From an uncultured delta proteobacterium (GTDB lineage: Bacteria; Myxococcota; Myxococcia; Myxococcales; Myxococcaceae), in assembly GCA_963771175.1 (NCBI GenBank), contig CAVYSY010000024.1:231227-295226 (forward strand): DNA of 64,000 nucleotides, read 5' to 3'. The position numbers and the translations under genes were made by a program. The notes beneath the pieces are model-generated. The model was not told the origin of the DNA, made no database searches, and saw only the letters and a list, made by a program, of their open reading frames with translations. Of the stretch, positions 45,871 to 56,583 are shown in pieces; within the stretch, counting starts at the first letter, position 1; each line of letters begins with the position of its first letter.

Positions 45871-47826
45871 ATGGCGAAGAAACTGGGCGAGCGCCTCGTC
45901 GAGGCGGGGCTCGTCACCACCGAGTCCATCACCAAGGCGCTGGACCACCAGAAGATCACCGGCCACCGGCTGGGGGACTGTCTGGTGGAGATCGGCCTGA
46001 TCCAGGAGGGAGCGCTGCTGCGCTTCCTGGCGGCCGAGTTCCAGACGCGGTTCGTCTCCGCGGAGAAGCTGGCCAAGGCCAAAATCCCCACGGAGGTGCT
46101 GGACAAGGTGCCGGTGCGACTGGCCGAGGCGCAGAACGTGCTGCCTCTGGCCATCGACCCGGAGCGCAAGCTGCTGTCGCTGGTGGCGGCCGAGCCGCAG
46201 AACAAGAAGCTGCTGGACGAGATCGCCCTGGTGACGGGCATGTCCGAGGTCTACGCGTACGTGGGCCTGCGCAGCACCATCGCCGCCGCCATCCGGAAGC
46301 ACTACTACGGCGACCCGACGGCCTTCGCCTCGCTGGAGGGCGGCGTGCAATTGCGGACGGACATGTCCACGATTGCCACCGCCTACGAGAACACCTCGGG
46401 GACGAACCCGAGGAGCAGCCTCCAGCTCAAGCTGGAGACGGACGCCCGGATACGGCTGCAACGCTTGGGCGGCTCGCGACCCAGCACGGCACGCAGCGAG
46501 GTCCTGCTGGGCCCGCGCGGGACGATGTCGGACGGCGACTACCTCGAGACGCTGAACGTCCTGGTGACGATGCTGGAGCGGGACCGCAAGCACCACCGGG
46601 GGCATTCGGCGCAGCTCTCGCGGCAGGCGACGGTGGTGGCCCGGCGCCTGGGGCTCCCGATCAAGGACGTGGCGGCGGTGGGCATCGCCGGGTACCTGCA
46701 CGATCTGGGCAAGCCCTCGGAGCGCCACTTCTGCCTGGCGAGCAACGCGGTGAATCCCGAGTGGATGGCCGAGGCCAAACGCTACTGCCGGGTGCCGACG
46801 AAGCTCTTCGAGATGGTGAACCTGCCGGTGCAGGTGAACACCATGATCGCCCAGCTCTACGAGGCCTATGACGGCTCTGGAGGGCCCCAGGGGACGAAGG
46901 GCGACGACATCACCATCGGCGCCCGCATCCTGGCGACGGTGGACAGCTACCTGGAGCTGACGAAGAACCCGACGAACGCATACGGGAAGCTCTTCACCAA
47001 GGAAGCCGCGCTGGAGCACCTGCGGGAGAACGCGGGCAGGCTGTATGACCCGGTGGTGGCGGACATCGTCATGCAGGTGCAGAGCGGCGAGTTTCTGCGG
47101 CACCGCATCGCGAACGACGGGCGGCAGATCCTCATCGTGGAGCCGGACGAGGGCACGCGGCTCGACCTGCTGGAGTCGGCACAGCGGCAGGGGCTGGTGA
47201 CACACGCGCAGTCCTCGCTGGACGGGGCGTACGACTCGCTGGCGTACCAGGACTGCGACGTGCTGGTGGTGGGACTGAAGTTCGGGCTGCAGGAGTTGCT
47301 GGGGCTGCTGCAGGCGGTGCGCGCGTCGGCGGAGAACGCGGGCCTGCCGGTGGTGGTGCTGGGAGATCCGGACCCGGGCACGCGAGAGCGCCTGATGATG
47401 GGCGGAGCGACGGCGGTGGTGCTTCCCGCGGAGCCGGAGGAGTCCGCCAAGACGGTGCGCGCCCTGTACGACGACCGCATCCTCCACAACGGCCCGGCAC
47501 GACTGGTGCGCGGGAGCCTGGACGAGATTCCCGCGCCTGAGCTGCTCAAGCTGCTGGGCTCGGGGAAGAAGTCCGGGCGGCTGCACCTCAAGTACCACGC
47601 ACACGAGGGATTCCTGCACCTGGAGCAGGGGCAGCTCGTCTACGCGGCCATCGCGGGACAGAGCGGCGAGCAGGCCATGCAGACGCTGCTGAGCCTCCAG
47701 CAGGCGGACTTCCGTTACGACCCGGACTCGCTGCTGCTGGACGTGCCACAGATGACCAAGAGCCTGGAGCAGCTCGCCCAGCAGCTCGCGACGCGCAGGC
47801 CGTCGGTGTCCACCGCCGCCGTGTAG
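45871..47826 (+). CDS. MshEN + degenerate HD-GYP + REC-like + DUF4388 protein
   Basis: KLGERLVEAGLV...RLGDCLVEIGLI MshEN; LHDLGK, YDGSGGPQG, ARILATVD; C-terminal GSLDEI...KKSGRL. Confidence 0.85.
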   Translation: MAKKLGERLVEAGLVTTESITKALDHQKITGHRLGDCLVEIGLIQEGALLRFLAAEFQTRFVSAEKLAKAKIPTEVLDKVPVRLAEAQNVLPLAIDPERKLLSLVAAEPQNKKLLDEIALVTGMSEVYAYVGLRSTIAAAIRKHYYGDPTAFASLEGGVQLRTDMSTIATAYENTSGTNPRSSLQLKLETDARIRLQRLGGSRPSTARSEVLLGPRGTMSDGDYLETLNVLVTMLERDRKHHRGHSAQLSRQATVVARRLGLPIKDVAAVGIAGYLHDLGKPSERHFCLASNAVNPEWMAEAKRYCRVPTKLFEMVNLPVQVNTMIAQLYEAYDGSGGPQGTKGDDITIGARILATVDSYLELTKNPTNAYGKLFTKEAALEHLRENAGRLYDPVVADIVMQVQSGEFLRHRIANDGRQILIVEPDEGTRLDLLESAQRQGLVTHAQSSLDGAYDSLAYQDCDVLVVGLKFGLQELLGLLQAVRASAENAGLPVVVLGDPDPGTRERLMMGGATAVVLPAEPEESAKTVRALYDDRILHNGPARLVRGSLDEIPAPELLKLLGSGKKSGRLHLKYHAHEGFLHLEQGQLVYAAIAGQSGEQAMQTLLSLQQADFRYDPDSLLLDVPQMTKSLEQLAQQLATRRPSVSTAAV

Positions 47827-47862
47827 GCTCGGGGGAGAGGGTCTTCCCCTCCCCCGCTCCCG

Positions 47863-48636
47863 TCACACGGAGAAGCCGAACAGCCTCGCGGCGTTGGCGG
47901 TCGTCACCTCGGCCACCTGGTCGAGGGACACGCCCTTGAGCTCGGCGACCTTCTTCGCCGTCTCGATGACGTACGAGGGCTCGTTCTTCTTGCCCCGGTA
48001 CGGCACCGGCGCGAGGTACGGGCTGTCCGTCTCCACCATCAGCCGCTCCAGCGGCGCGAAGCGCACCGCGTCCTGGAGCGCCTCGGTCTTCTTGTAGGTG
48101 ACGACACCGGACAAGGACAGCATGAAGCCCAGGTCCAGGTAGCGACGGGCCGCGTCGGTGTCCCCGGTGAAGCAGTGGATGACGCCCCGGCTCACGCCCT
48201 CCTCCTTGAGGATGGGCTCGCAGTCGCCGTGCGCATCCCGCACGTGGACCACGAGCGGCTTGTCGAGGCGCTTCGCCAGCGCGCACTGTCGCCGGAACAC
48301 CTGGATCTGCACGTCTCGGGGCGAGTGGTCGTAGTAGTAGTCGAGCCCCGCCTCGCCCACGGCATGAATCTCCGGGCGGGCACAGGTCCGCTCCAGGTGC
48401 TCCAGGTCCGCCTCGGTGGCCCGAGCCGCCTCGTGCGGATGGATACCGAGCGTGGGCGTGAGGAAGTCCGGGTGCGCGGCGGCGATCTCCAGCGCGACGC
48501 CCCAGTCACCGGGGCCCTGGAACTGGCCGACGATGACGGCATGCACCAGCCCGGCGGCACGGGCGCGCTCCAGCGAGGCCGTGACGTGCGCGGACTCGGC
48601 GCGATCGAAGTGACAGTGGGAATCAACGAGCCTCAT
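47863..48636 (-). CDS. tatD: TatD-family DNase
   Basis: DSHCH, GIHPH, GEAGLDY, HVRDA, HCFTG, ETDSPYLAP. Confidence 0.95.
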   Translation of the reverse strand: MRLVDSHCHFDRAESAHVTASLERARAAGLVHAVIVGQFQGPGDWGVALEIAAAHPDFLTPTLGIHPHEAARATEADLEHLERTCARPEIHAVGEAGLDYYYDHSPRDVQIQVFRRQCALAKRLDKPLVVHVRDAHGDCEPILKEEGVSRGVIHCFTGDTDAARRYLDLGFMLSLSGVVTYKKTEALQDAVRFAPLERLMVETDSPYLAPVPYRGKKNEPSYVIETAKKVAELKGVSLDQVAEVTTANAARLFGFSV

Positions 48637-49619
48637 GGCATCTCCTGGATGAGCTCGGAGAGCTCTGCACGGGCCTCTTGGGAGAACGCGGGCAGCACCG
48701 CGCGGACGCGGTCGCGACCCTCGGGAATGCCGAGCAGCCACAGGCCCTCGGCGGCATCGAGCCGGTAGTCCTCGTGGACTCCGGGCTCATCGAGCAGGGC
48801 GAGCAGCCATGGCAACGCCTGCGGGTCGCCCAGCCGGCCCAACCCCCGTGCCGCGGCTCCCCGGCAGGCGTCCTTCGGATCGAAGAGGATGGTGCGCAGC
48901 CGCTCGAGGGCCCCCGGCGCCTTCACCTCGCCACTCAGCTCCACGGCGAGGGCGCGGTCCTGGGCCCAGTTGAACCGCCGCCGCTCGGTGCGCTTGAGGA
49001 GCCATTTCGCCCCCTCGGAGTCCCCCAACTTCGCGAGCACTCCGGCGGCCTGGGTGCGATCGAAGGCGGGCAGCAGTAAGCGATGGAACAGGCGTTGGAT
49101 GGCGGGCAGCGCGCGCGCATCCCCCAGCTCGGCGAGCGCCCCGAGTGCCCGGAAGCGAAGCAGCTCCTCATCGAGCGCCTGGACGAGGACCTCCAGGCCG
49201 GCGGGGTGCTTGAGGGCGGCCATGCCACGAGCGGCCTCGAAGCGGACCTCGAAGACGGGATCCTCGAGGGCCTGGGCCAGCGTCCCACGACAGTCGGACC
49301 GGGCGAGGTCGGCCAGACGCCCGGCGGCTTCCAGGCGCACGAGGCTCTCCTCATCGGCGAGCCGCGCGGCGAGAAAGCCGGGGAGCTCCTCGGCGGAGAG
49401 CACCACGGTGGCCATGCCCACGGCGGTGCGGCGCACGGCCACCTGCTTGTCGGCCAGCAGCCGAACGAGCACCTCGGAGAACTCGGGCGCGAGCGAGGTG
49501 TCCTCGGCGGCGAGGAGGAAGAGAACCTCCGCCGCCTCGGCCCGCGCAGCGGGGTTCTTCTCGCGCTCGAGGGCAAGAAGCGCCCGATCCCGTTCGGCCC
49601 GCCAGTCCGTCACGCTCAC
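48633..49619 (-). CDS. HEAT-repeat protein
   Basis: Repeated L.D....VR..AA..L motifs; overlaps metG stop and tatD start. Confidence 0.85.
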   Translation of the reverse strand: MSVTDWRAERDRALLALEREKNPAARAEAAEVLFLLAAEDTSLAPEFSEVLVRLLADKQVAVRRTAVGMATVVLSAEELPGFLAARLADEESLVRLEAAGRLADLARSDCRGTLAQALEDPVFEVRFEAARGMAALKHPAGLEVLVQALDEELLRFRALGALAELGDARALPAIQRLFHRLLLPAFDRTQAAGVLAKLGDSEGAKWLLKRTERRRFNWAQDRALAVELSGEVKAPGALERLRTILFDPKDACRGAAARGLGRLGDPQALPWLLALLDEPGVHEDYRLDAAEGLWLLGIPEGRDRVRAVLPAFSQEARAELSELIQEMP

Positions 49620-51726
49620 TTCACCTCGGAGCCGGGAGGCATGTCACCCGGATCCAACAGGGACAGGTCCTTGCCACCGGGACCCGCGGTCAGAATCATC
49701 CCGCGCGACTCGATGCCCCGCAGCATGCGCGGCTTGAGGTTGGCCACCACCACCACCTTGCGGCCCTGGACCTGCTCGGGCTGGAAGGCCTCGGCGATGC
49801 CGGAGCAGATGGTGCGCGGCTGCCCCTCGCCCAGGTCCACGGTGAGCTTGAGCAGCTTGTCCGCCTTGGGCACGCGCTCGGCGGCGAGCACCTTGCCCAC
49901 CTTGAGCACCACCTTGGCGAAGTCGCCAATCTCGATCTCCCCCGGCGCGGCCTCGGCGGGCTTCGCCTCCGGGAGCGGCCTTGGCCTCGGCGGGCTTCGA
50001 CTCGGCGGCCTTCTTCTCGCCCTTGCCCTTCTTCTCCTCCTGCTTGGCCGGCTCGGCGGCGGCGGGAGACTGGCCGAGGATGGCGTTGACGCGCTCCTCC
50101 TCCAGACGGGGCAGGAGCGGCTCGGGGGTGCCCACGGGCCGGCTGCGGTCGAGCAGCGGGTAGCGCGCGGTGGCGAGCGCCTCGAAGGTGAGCGCCGGCG
50201 CGTTGAGCTGCGCGAAGAGCTTCTCCGTCACGCGCGGAATCACCGGCGTGAGGAGGGCTCCGAGGATGTAGGCCACCTCGGCGGCGTCGCTCAGGTCGGC
50301 GCGAGCGGCCTCGGGGTCGGTCTTGATCTTGGCCCAGGGCGCCGCGTTCTGGAGGAAGCCGTTCGCGGACTGGGAGATGTCCGTGATGATGCGGATGGCG
50401 TTGCGATACTCCAGCTTCTCGAAGGCCTCGCGCACCTCGGGGACGCGGGCGAGCGCGGCCTCCACCAGCGCCTTGCCGGGGCCCTCCTTCGTGGCGGGAG
50501 CGAGCCGCTTCTCCAGCACACCACCCGCCAGCATGGACAGGCTGCGGTTGGCCAGGTTGCCGATGTTGTTGACGAGCTCGCCGTTCACCCGGAGGCGGAA
50601 GTCCTTGAGGCTCAGGTCGAGGTCCTCGATGCCCGGAGCCGAGCGTGGCCGCGTAGAAGTAGCGCAGGTAGCTCGGGTCCAGGTGCTCCAGGTAGGAGCG
50701 CACGGGGATGAGCGTGCCGCGGCTCTTGGACATCTTCTCGCCGTTGACGGTGAGATGGCCGTGCACCTTCACCGAGTCGGGCCGCTTGAGGCCGGCCACC
50801 TTGAGCACGGCGGGCCAGAAGAGCGCGTGGAAGTAGACGATGTCCTTGCCGATGAAGTGGATGATGCGGGTGTCGCTGCCCTCGGCCCAGTAGTCCAGGG
50901 CGCTCTTCGCCTTGCCCGTCACCTGGGCCCACTTCTCCGTGGTGGCGATGTACCCGATGGGGGCGTCCAGCCAGACGTAGAAGTACTTGTCCGTCTCACC
51001 CGGGATGGAGAAGCCGAAGTACGGCCCGTCGCGGCTGATGTCCCAGTCCGACAGACCCTTCTCGAAGAAGCCCTGGAGCTGCGCGGCGAGACCGGGGTTG
51101 ACGAAGTCGGGCTTGCGCAGCGTCTCCTGCAGGAAGTCCGCATGGCGCGACAGCTTGAAGAAGAGGTGCGAGGACGTGCGGCGCACCGGCGGCGTGCCGC
51201 ACAGGGCGCAGCGGGGCTCGATCAGGTCCGTGGGGCTGTAGGCCTTGCCGCACTTCTCACAGGCGTCACCGTACTGGTCGGGAGCCTTGCAGTTGGGGCA
51301 GGTGCCCTTGATGAAGCGGTCCGGCAGGAAGCGCTTGTCCACCTCGCAGTAGGCCTGCTCGATGTCGCGCTTCTCGATGTCGCCGTGCTCCTTCAGCTTG
51401 CCGTAGATGTACTCGGCGTAGTGCTTGTTCTCGGGCGAGTTGGTCGAGTGGAAGTAGTCGACGCTGACGCCGAGGTCCCGGAAGTCCGCCTGGTGCGACT
51501 CGTACCACCGGGCGACGAACTCCTCGGGCTTGATCCCCTGCTTGGCCGCGTTGATCTCGATGGGCGTGCCGTGGGTGTCGTCGGCGCAGAAGTAGACGAC
51601 GTCCTTGCCGCAGGAGCGCAGGAAGCGCACGTAGATGTCGGTCTGGACGTACTCGACGGCATGGCCGATGTGGATGGGGCCGTTGGCATACGGCAGCGCG
51701 CTGGTGACGAGGATTCTCTCCGCCAT
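49616..51726 (-). CDS. metG: Methionyl-tRNA synthetase with C-terminal tRNA-binding domain (frameshifts near 50635 and 49970)
   Basis: TSALPYANGPIHIGH, Zn-knuckle CxxC motifs, YVWLDAPIGY, KMSKSRG; C-terminal VANLKPRMLRGIESRGMIL. Confidence 0.96.
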
Positions 51727-51840
51727 GGGTTCTCCTGAGGGGCGGCGGACATTAGCCGCTCGGGGCTCCGGTCATCGATAAGAAACGCCAAGGTGGTGAC
51801 AGGTGCATGGGGGCCCCGGAGCTGTTATCGACCCCACACG

Positions 51841-52641
51841 ATGTGCACCATCGTCATCCTCCGCCACGTCCACCCCGAGTACCCGCTCGTCCTGGCCGCC
51901 AACCGCGATGAGCTGTACGCCCGCCCGGCCGTCGGTCCCCAGGTGCTGTCCCCCTCCCCGCGGGTCGTCGGAGGACGCGACCTGGAGCGTCAGGGGACGT
52001 GGATGGGGGTAACGGACGGCGGCCTCTTCGTGGGACTGACGAACCAGCGGGGTTCCGCGAACCTGACGAGGGCACCCCGGTCCCGGGGCGAGGTGGTCAT
52101 GCGCGCCCTGCAATCCGGTAGCGTGGAGGGAGTCGAGCGCTACCTCGCGAGCCTGGACTCTCGGGAGTACAACCCCTTCAACCTCCTCTATGGGGGCGCC
52201 GGGGCGCTGCGGGTGGCCTACGCCCGCCCGGACTCCGAGCGGATGACCCTGGCGGACGTCCCGCCGGGCATCCACGTACTGGCCAACGACGTGCTCGATT
52301 CGCCCGAGCTGCCCAAGGTGCGGCGGGCCCGGAAGCTCGCGGAGGCGGCGGCGCACAAGCCCTGGCCCGAGTCCGTCCAGGCACTCCAGGCGATGCTCTC
52401 GGACCACGTGCTGCCAGAGCGCGCGCCGACGCTCCTCCCCGACGAGGAGGGCCTTCCGGACATCCACGAGCGCATGCGCCAGTACCAAGCACTGTGCATC
52501 CACACGCCGGGGTACGGGACGCGCTCGTCGGCCATCGTCGCGCTGGCACCCGGACGGGTGGCCCACTACCTCGCGGCCGACGTGGCTCCGTGCCAGGGGC
52601 CGTACCAGGACGTCACTCCCCTGCTCTACCCCGGTGAATGA
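51841..52641 (+). CDS. NRDE (TANGO2) family protein
   Basis: MCT N-terminus, ANRDE, GTWMG, SRGE, YGTRSS. Confidence 0.92.
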   Translation: MCTIVILRHVHPEYPLVLAANRDELYARPAVGPQVLSPSPRVVGGRDLERQGTWMGVTDGGLFVGLTNQRGSANLTRAPRSRGEVVMRALQSGSVEGVERYLASLDSREYNPFNLLYGGAGALRVAYARPDSERMTLADVPPGIHVLANDVLDSPELPKVRRARKLAEAAAHKPWPESVQALQAMLSDHVLPERAPTLLPDEEGLPDIHERMRQYQALCIHTPGYGTRSSAIVALAPGRVAHYLAADVAPCQGPYQDVTPLLYPGE

Positions 52642-52762
52642 CGGCACTTGGGAGCGCGCGGGCCCTGGCCGCCCGAGGTGACACTCCCGCGCACCCTCCA
52701 GGCCTGGACTCGACTTCCTACGGGAAAAGTAGCATCGTCGCCTTGACCTGGGAGGTGGTCAA

Positions 52763-53299
52763 ATGGATTGGGAGGCACGAGAGGAGTTGGAGCGGGCGGG
52801 ACTCGAACTGGAGCGGCCCGAGCTGCTTCAGGTGGCCATCGAGTTCGGGCCCCGGGGACAGGCGCTGCCGGTGCGTGAAGAGGTGCCGGTGGTGGACGCG
52901 GCCTGGACGATGGCGACAGTGAAGCTCAAGCCCATCTCGCGGCTCTGGACGGCAACGGAGATGACGCCGTTCCTGCTGAGAACCCCCCCTCCGCATGAGT
53001 CCTTCCTGCGCCTGCTGGAGTCGACGGCGGGCATCTACTGCACGGCGATGGACCGGCCCGTAACGGACGCGGAGTTCGAGCGACTCTACCGCCAGCTCCG
53101 CCGGAATCCGGATGGGGAGGACGCCCACCCGCTCTTCTCGTACCTGCAGGGGGCGGCGCGCTTGTACCTGTCGCTGCGGAGCGTGAGCCGGGCCGAGTAC
53201 GAGTCCCTGACCCACCGGCTCAGCAAACAGGCCCGGCGCTTCTGCTCTCACGTCGGCAGCACGAACTACCACCGCAGGGTGCTGATTGCCACCCTCTGA
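52763..53299 (+). CDS. Hypothetical protein
   Basis: RBS GGAGG, coherent 178-aa ORF. Confidence 0.65.
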   Translation: MDWEAREELERAGLELERPELLQVAIEFGPRGQALPVREEVPVVDAAWTMATVKLKPISRLWTATEMTPFLLRTPPPHESFLRLLESTAGIYCTAMDRPVTDAEFERLYRQLRRNPDGEDAHPLFSYLQGAARLYLSLRSVSRAEYESLTHRLSKQARRFCSHVGSTNYHRRVLIATL

Positions 53300-53314
53300 C
53301 CCCAACACCAAGCC

Positions 53315-54233
53315 ATGCGAAACCCCCTCTCCTGCGACCTGTGCTGTTGCTTCTCCTGGTGGCTCAGCCGCCCTGGCCCGAGACCGAGACAAGGTCGCCG
53401 TCCGGACCCTCCTGAGATCGGAGCACCCCGGCCAGTGGACGCCCACCCTCCACGTCACCGGTCAGGTCTCTTGCGTCCTCCGGTTCGACCAGCCCGTCGA
53501 CCCAGCCAGGACGAGGATGCTGGGTTGGGAGGGGCGTTTCGAGCCTCTCCTCGCAGGCGGCAACAAGGTGGTGGTGGAGCCGCTTCGTGACCTCGACATC
53601 GACGAACGGGTTCCCCTGATCGTGACGCTCGCTGACGGCACGGAGGTGGCGTTCCTGCTGGCGCCGCCGTCGCTTGAAGAGTCGTTCACGGACCAGCAGG
53701 TGAACGTGTTCAAGGACCGCGAGAGCTACAACGCGGTGCTCTCGTCCTTGTACGACGCACTTGGCCGGGAGCGGGTCCTCGAAGAGGAAAACAAGCGCCT
53801 CCGTAAGGAGGAGACCTCGGAGGATCACGCGCTTGCCGCCTTGCTGGCTTCGGGTGCGGTAGCGCAGACGCCGTTCCTGATCGCGGACCACTTTTCCGGC
53901 AAGGACGAGAATGCCCACGTCGTCGCGACGGTGTTCCAGGGAAAGGGCAAGGTGGGTGTCGTGCTCAAGGTCAAGAACCTTGATCCAGCGCAGCCCTGGA
54001 GCCTGAAGTCGGCTCGTCTCGTGACGAAGGCAAGCGGCAATGAGCGAATGGTCGCCGTTCGCTCTTCCGTCCGATCCATCGTACCCGGCGCATCCGGTGT
54101 GGTTGCCCTCGTCGTGGACCGAAGCGCCTTTGTTGACGATGGCGAGTTGACGAGCCTGCTCCTTGAGGTCTACCGGCACGACGGGCTCCGGCAAGCCATT
54201 GTCCAACTGGATCCCCACCTCGTTGCGAGATAG
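53315..54233 (+). CDS. DUF2381-family myxobacterial protein (frameshift near 5' end)
   Basis: LRFDQPVDP..GWEGRFEP, VTLADGTE, DQQVNVF, EDHALAALLASG. Confidence 0.8.
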
Positions 54234-54245
54234 GAGCGGAAGAGC

Positions 54246-54746
54246 ATGGCCTCCAACACGTTCCCGCTCTTGGGCTGCGCTGTCATCCTCGTAATGTCCT
54301 CCGCTTGTCCCGGAACCGCCACGAGTGGCGTGTCCCTCCGTCCGGACGGAACTCCAGGACCCGAGGAGTGCCCAGCGGAGGCGCGCAAGGCGATGGACTA
54401 CTTGAGGATGTTCGTTGGGGAAGCCGCATGGGCTCAGATCGATGCAAACCAGACCCGCGCCGAGCCCATCACGCTGTACGACGGCCCTATCGAGAGCGTG
54501 CTTGAGGAGAACCTCGGGCTTATCGAGGCGCCCTCCAGACTGTATGGACGGGTCTGGACCAGCGGCCCCCGCGTCATCATCCGGTACTATGCCGCCCAAC
54601 CGTTGCGGGGAGGCGATCAGGTGCCCATCTGCGCGGTGGCGCGGCTGGGATTCGGGCAGCTGCGCAAACGGCCCGAGTCCCAGCCAGGGACGGCCATCCT
54701 CGACTCTCCCCGTGCGGGGGTCTACATCGTGGACGAGTTCCGCTAG
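54246..54746 (+). CDS. Myxobacterial lipoprotein resembling the extracellular C-terminal domain of Ser/Thr kinases
   Basis: SSAC lipobox, PEECPAEA, LYDGPIES, LYGRVWT, PICAVAR; commonly paired with DUF2381. Confidence 0.7.
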   Translation: MASNTFPLLGCAVILVMSSACPGTATSGVSLRPDGTPGPEECPAEARKAMDYLRMFVGEAAWAQIDANQTRAEPITLYDGPIESVLEENLGLIEAPSRLYGRVWTSGPRVIIRYYAAQPLRGGDQVPICAVARLGFGQLRKRPESQPGTAILDSPRAGVYIVDEFR

Positions 54747-54849
54747 CGCACTCGCTCAGCAAAGCGCGCCCCCTCTGTCAGGATTTCTCCGGCCCGTGCG
54801 TCCCTTCGAGTAGCTGCCCGGCCGGAGATGCCGAACACGCACTTGGAAC

Positions 54850-54889
54850 TCGCCTGAAAAGCGATCGCGGTTCGACTCCGCCCATGACC
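54850..54889 (+). pseudogene. Degenerate tRNA-Phe(GAA)-like 3' fragment
   Basis: TCGC-CTGAAAA-GCGA anticodon-like arm, GCGG-TTCGACT-CCGC T-arm, CATGACC acceptor-like strand; no 5' half. Confidence 0.5.
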
Positions 54890-54992
54890 TGGATAGGTCA
54901 GCCAACCCAACGGCTTCTCCACTCGGGCAGCACCTTTTTCTTCCTACCCCGTCAGTCGTGCTCGAACGGGTTCTGGAGCACGGGCGAGCCCT

Positions 54993-56239
54993 TCACTGCC
55001 GCAACGGCAGGAGCAGAGTGAAGCGGGTCCCCTTCCCCGGCTCCGATTCGACCGAGATGGACCCGTTGTGGTTCTCCGCCACCTTGCGGGAGATCGCCAG
55101 ACCGACTCCTGGGCCCGGGGTGTTCGGATCCAGCTTCCTCAGCACCTCGAACACGTAATCACTGAAGCGGTTCTCGAAGCCGCTCCCGTTGTCCGAGAAG
55201 ACGATCCTCGCGAAGTCCGTGTAGGAGTACTTGTCCTTGATGGCCCGGAAGCTGTTGTGCTGGATCTGGCGATACTCGATGTCGATCTGAAGGCCCACAT
55301 CGGGCCTGCGGAACTTCACCGCGTTATCGAGCAGGTGGAAGAACAACAGCAGCAACTGCCGGCGTCGGCCCTGGATTATCGGGAGCGGCTCGATCCGCAG
55401 CTTCGCCTCTCCGAGCCCGGCTCTCTCGGACACGAGTTGCCGGGCGCAGTCCACCACCTCGCCCAGATCCACCTCCACGAACGGCTCGTCGGCCACGTCC
55501 AGCGCCACGAACTGCTGGAGCGCCGTGACGAGCTGATCCATCCGCGCGCTCACGGCCTTGATGCGCTCCAGCGAGCGCTGGCCCGTCAACGACATCGACG
55601 ACCGGTCCTCCTGGGTGAAGAGACACGAGAAGACGGAGAGCTTCCGGAGCGGCTCTCGCAGGTCGTGAGACAGGATGCCGCTGATGCGGCTCGAGCTGCA
55701 TGGTTCTTCTGCTCCAGGCTGCTGAGCTTCCGATCGAGCTCCAGGGCTCGCTGCTCCAGCTCGTGCCTGGCCCGGGTCAGCTCCTCGTTGCTCCGCAGCG
55801 CATCTTCCGCCGCCCGCTTCGCCTTCAGGAGCTCGTCCTCGTACTTGTTCCGCTCGCGGACCAGCATGAGCGCACAGTGATTGACGAATGCCCCCTCGCG
55901 CTCCGCACGGACGGCATTGACGAGCACGGGAACGTCTTCGCCGCTCTTGGAGCGCAGCGCGAGGTGGATCTCCGTCGCCTTGCCCTGCATCCGGAGCAGC
56001 GGGAAGAGGTGGGTCTGGCAGAAGATGCGGCTGGCCAGCGTCAGGAGCGTCTCCACATGACCGCCCGACAGCTCGCCGCGGGCGTAACCCAGCATTTCCA
56101 GCAGCGTGTCGTTGACGACCTCGATGGAGCCGTCGTCGGTGAACGACAACAGACCGCACGGCGCGGAGCTCCACAGCTCGGCCAGGTAGCTCGTGACCGG
56201 GTCTTCTCCGTGACGAGACGTCAAACGGGGCTGTGTCAT
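54993..56239 (-). CDS. PAS-domain sensor histidine kinase (frameshift near 55695)
   Basis: APCGLLSF..RIFCQTHLFPLL PAS; SHDLREPLRK H-box; LLDNAVKF, DNGSGF, GVGLAI. Confidence 0.9.
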
Positions 56240-56583
56240 GACATGGAGGAGGTTGGGAGCTGGCGCCAGGGCGGCGATTCCATGCAGAGCGTTACGCGGT
56301 CGGCGCGGTCTCCACAAGCGCTGGACGAGAAACCACCGGAGCTGCGTCGGTCTTCCGTTGGTGAAGCCGGGTTTCCCGCGAAGAGCGGGTCTGACTTCGG
56401 ACAAAGGGGCGGTCCACCGCTCGGCGGCCATGCAGTCCGGCCCAGTGCCATCGTGCAAACTTCACAGCTGACTTCCAAGGGAGCCTTTCGCGGGGGATGA
56501 TTCGCCTGGTTGCTCCCAGGATGGCGGTGAACGACGTTCATCGCCACGCTTCCGCTCAAGCAGTCCACGAACAGGTAAGGCCC

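Noticed and set aside
49616..51726. Split or programmed-frameshift metG
   Set aside because: Indels fall inside an essential gene without slippery-site features; more likely sequence errors
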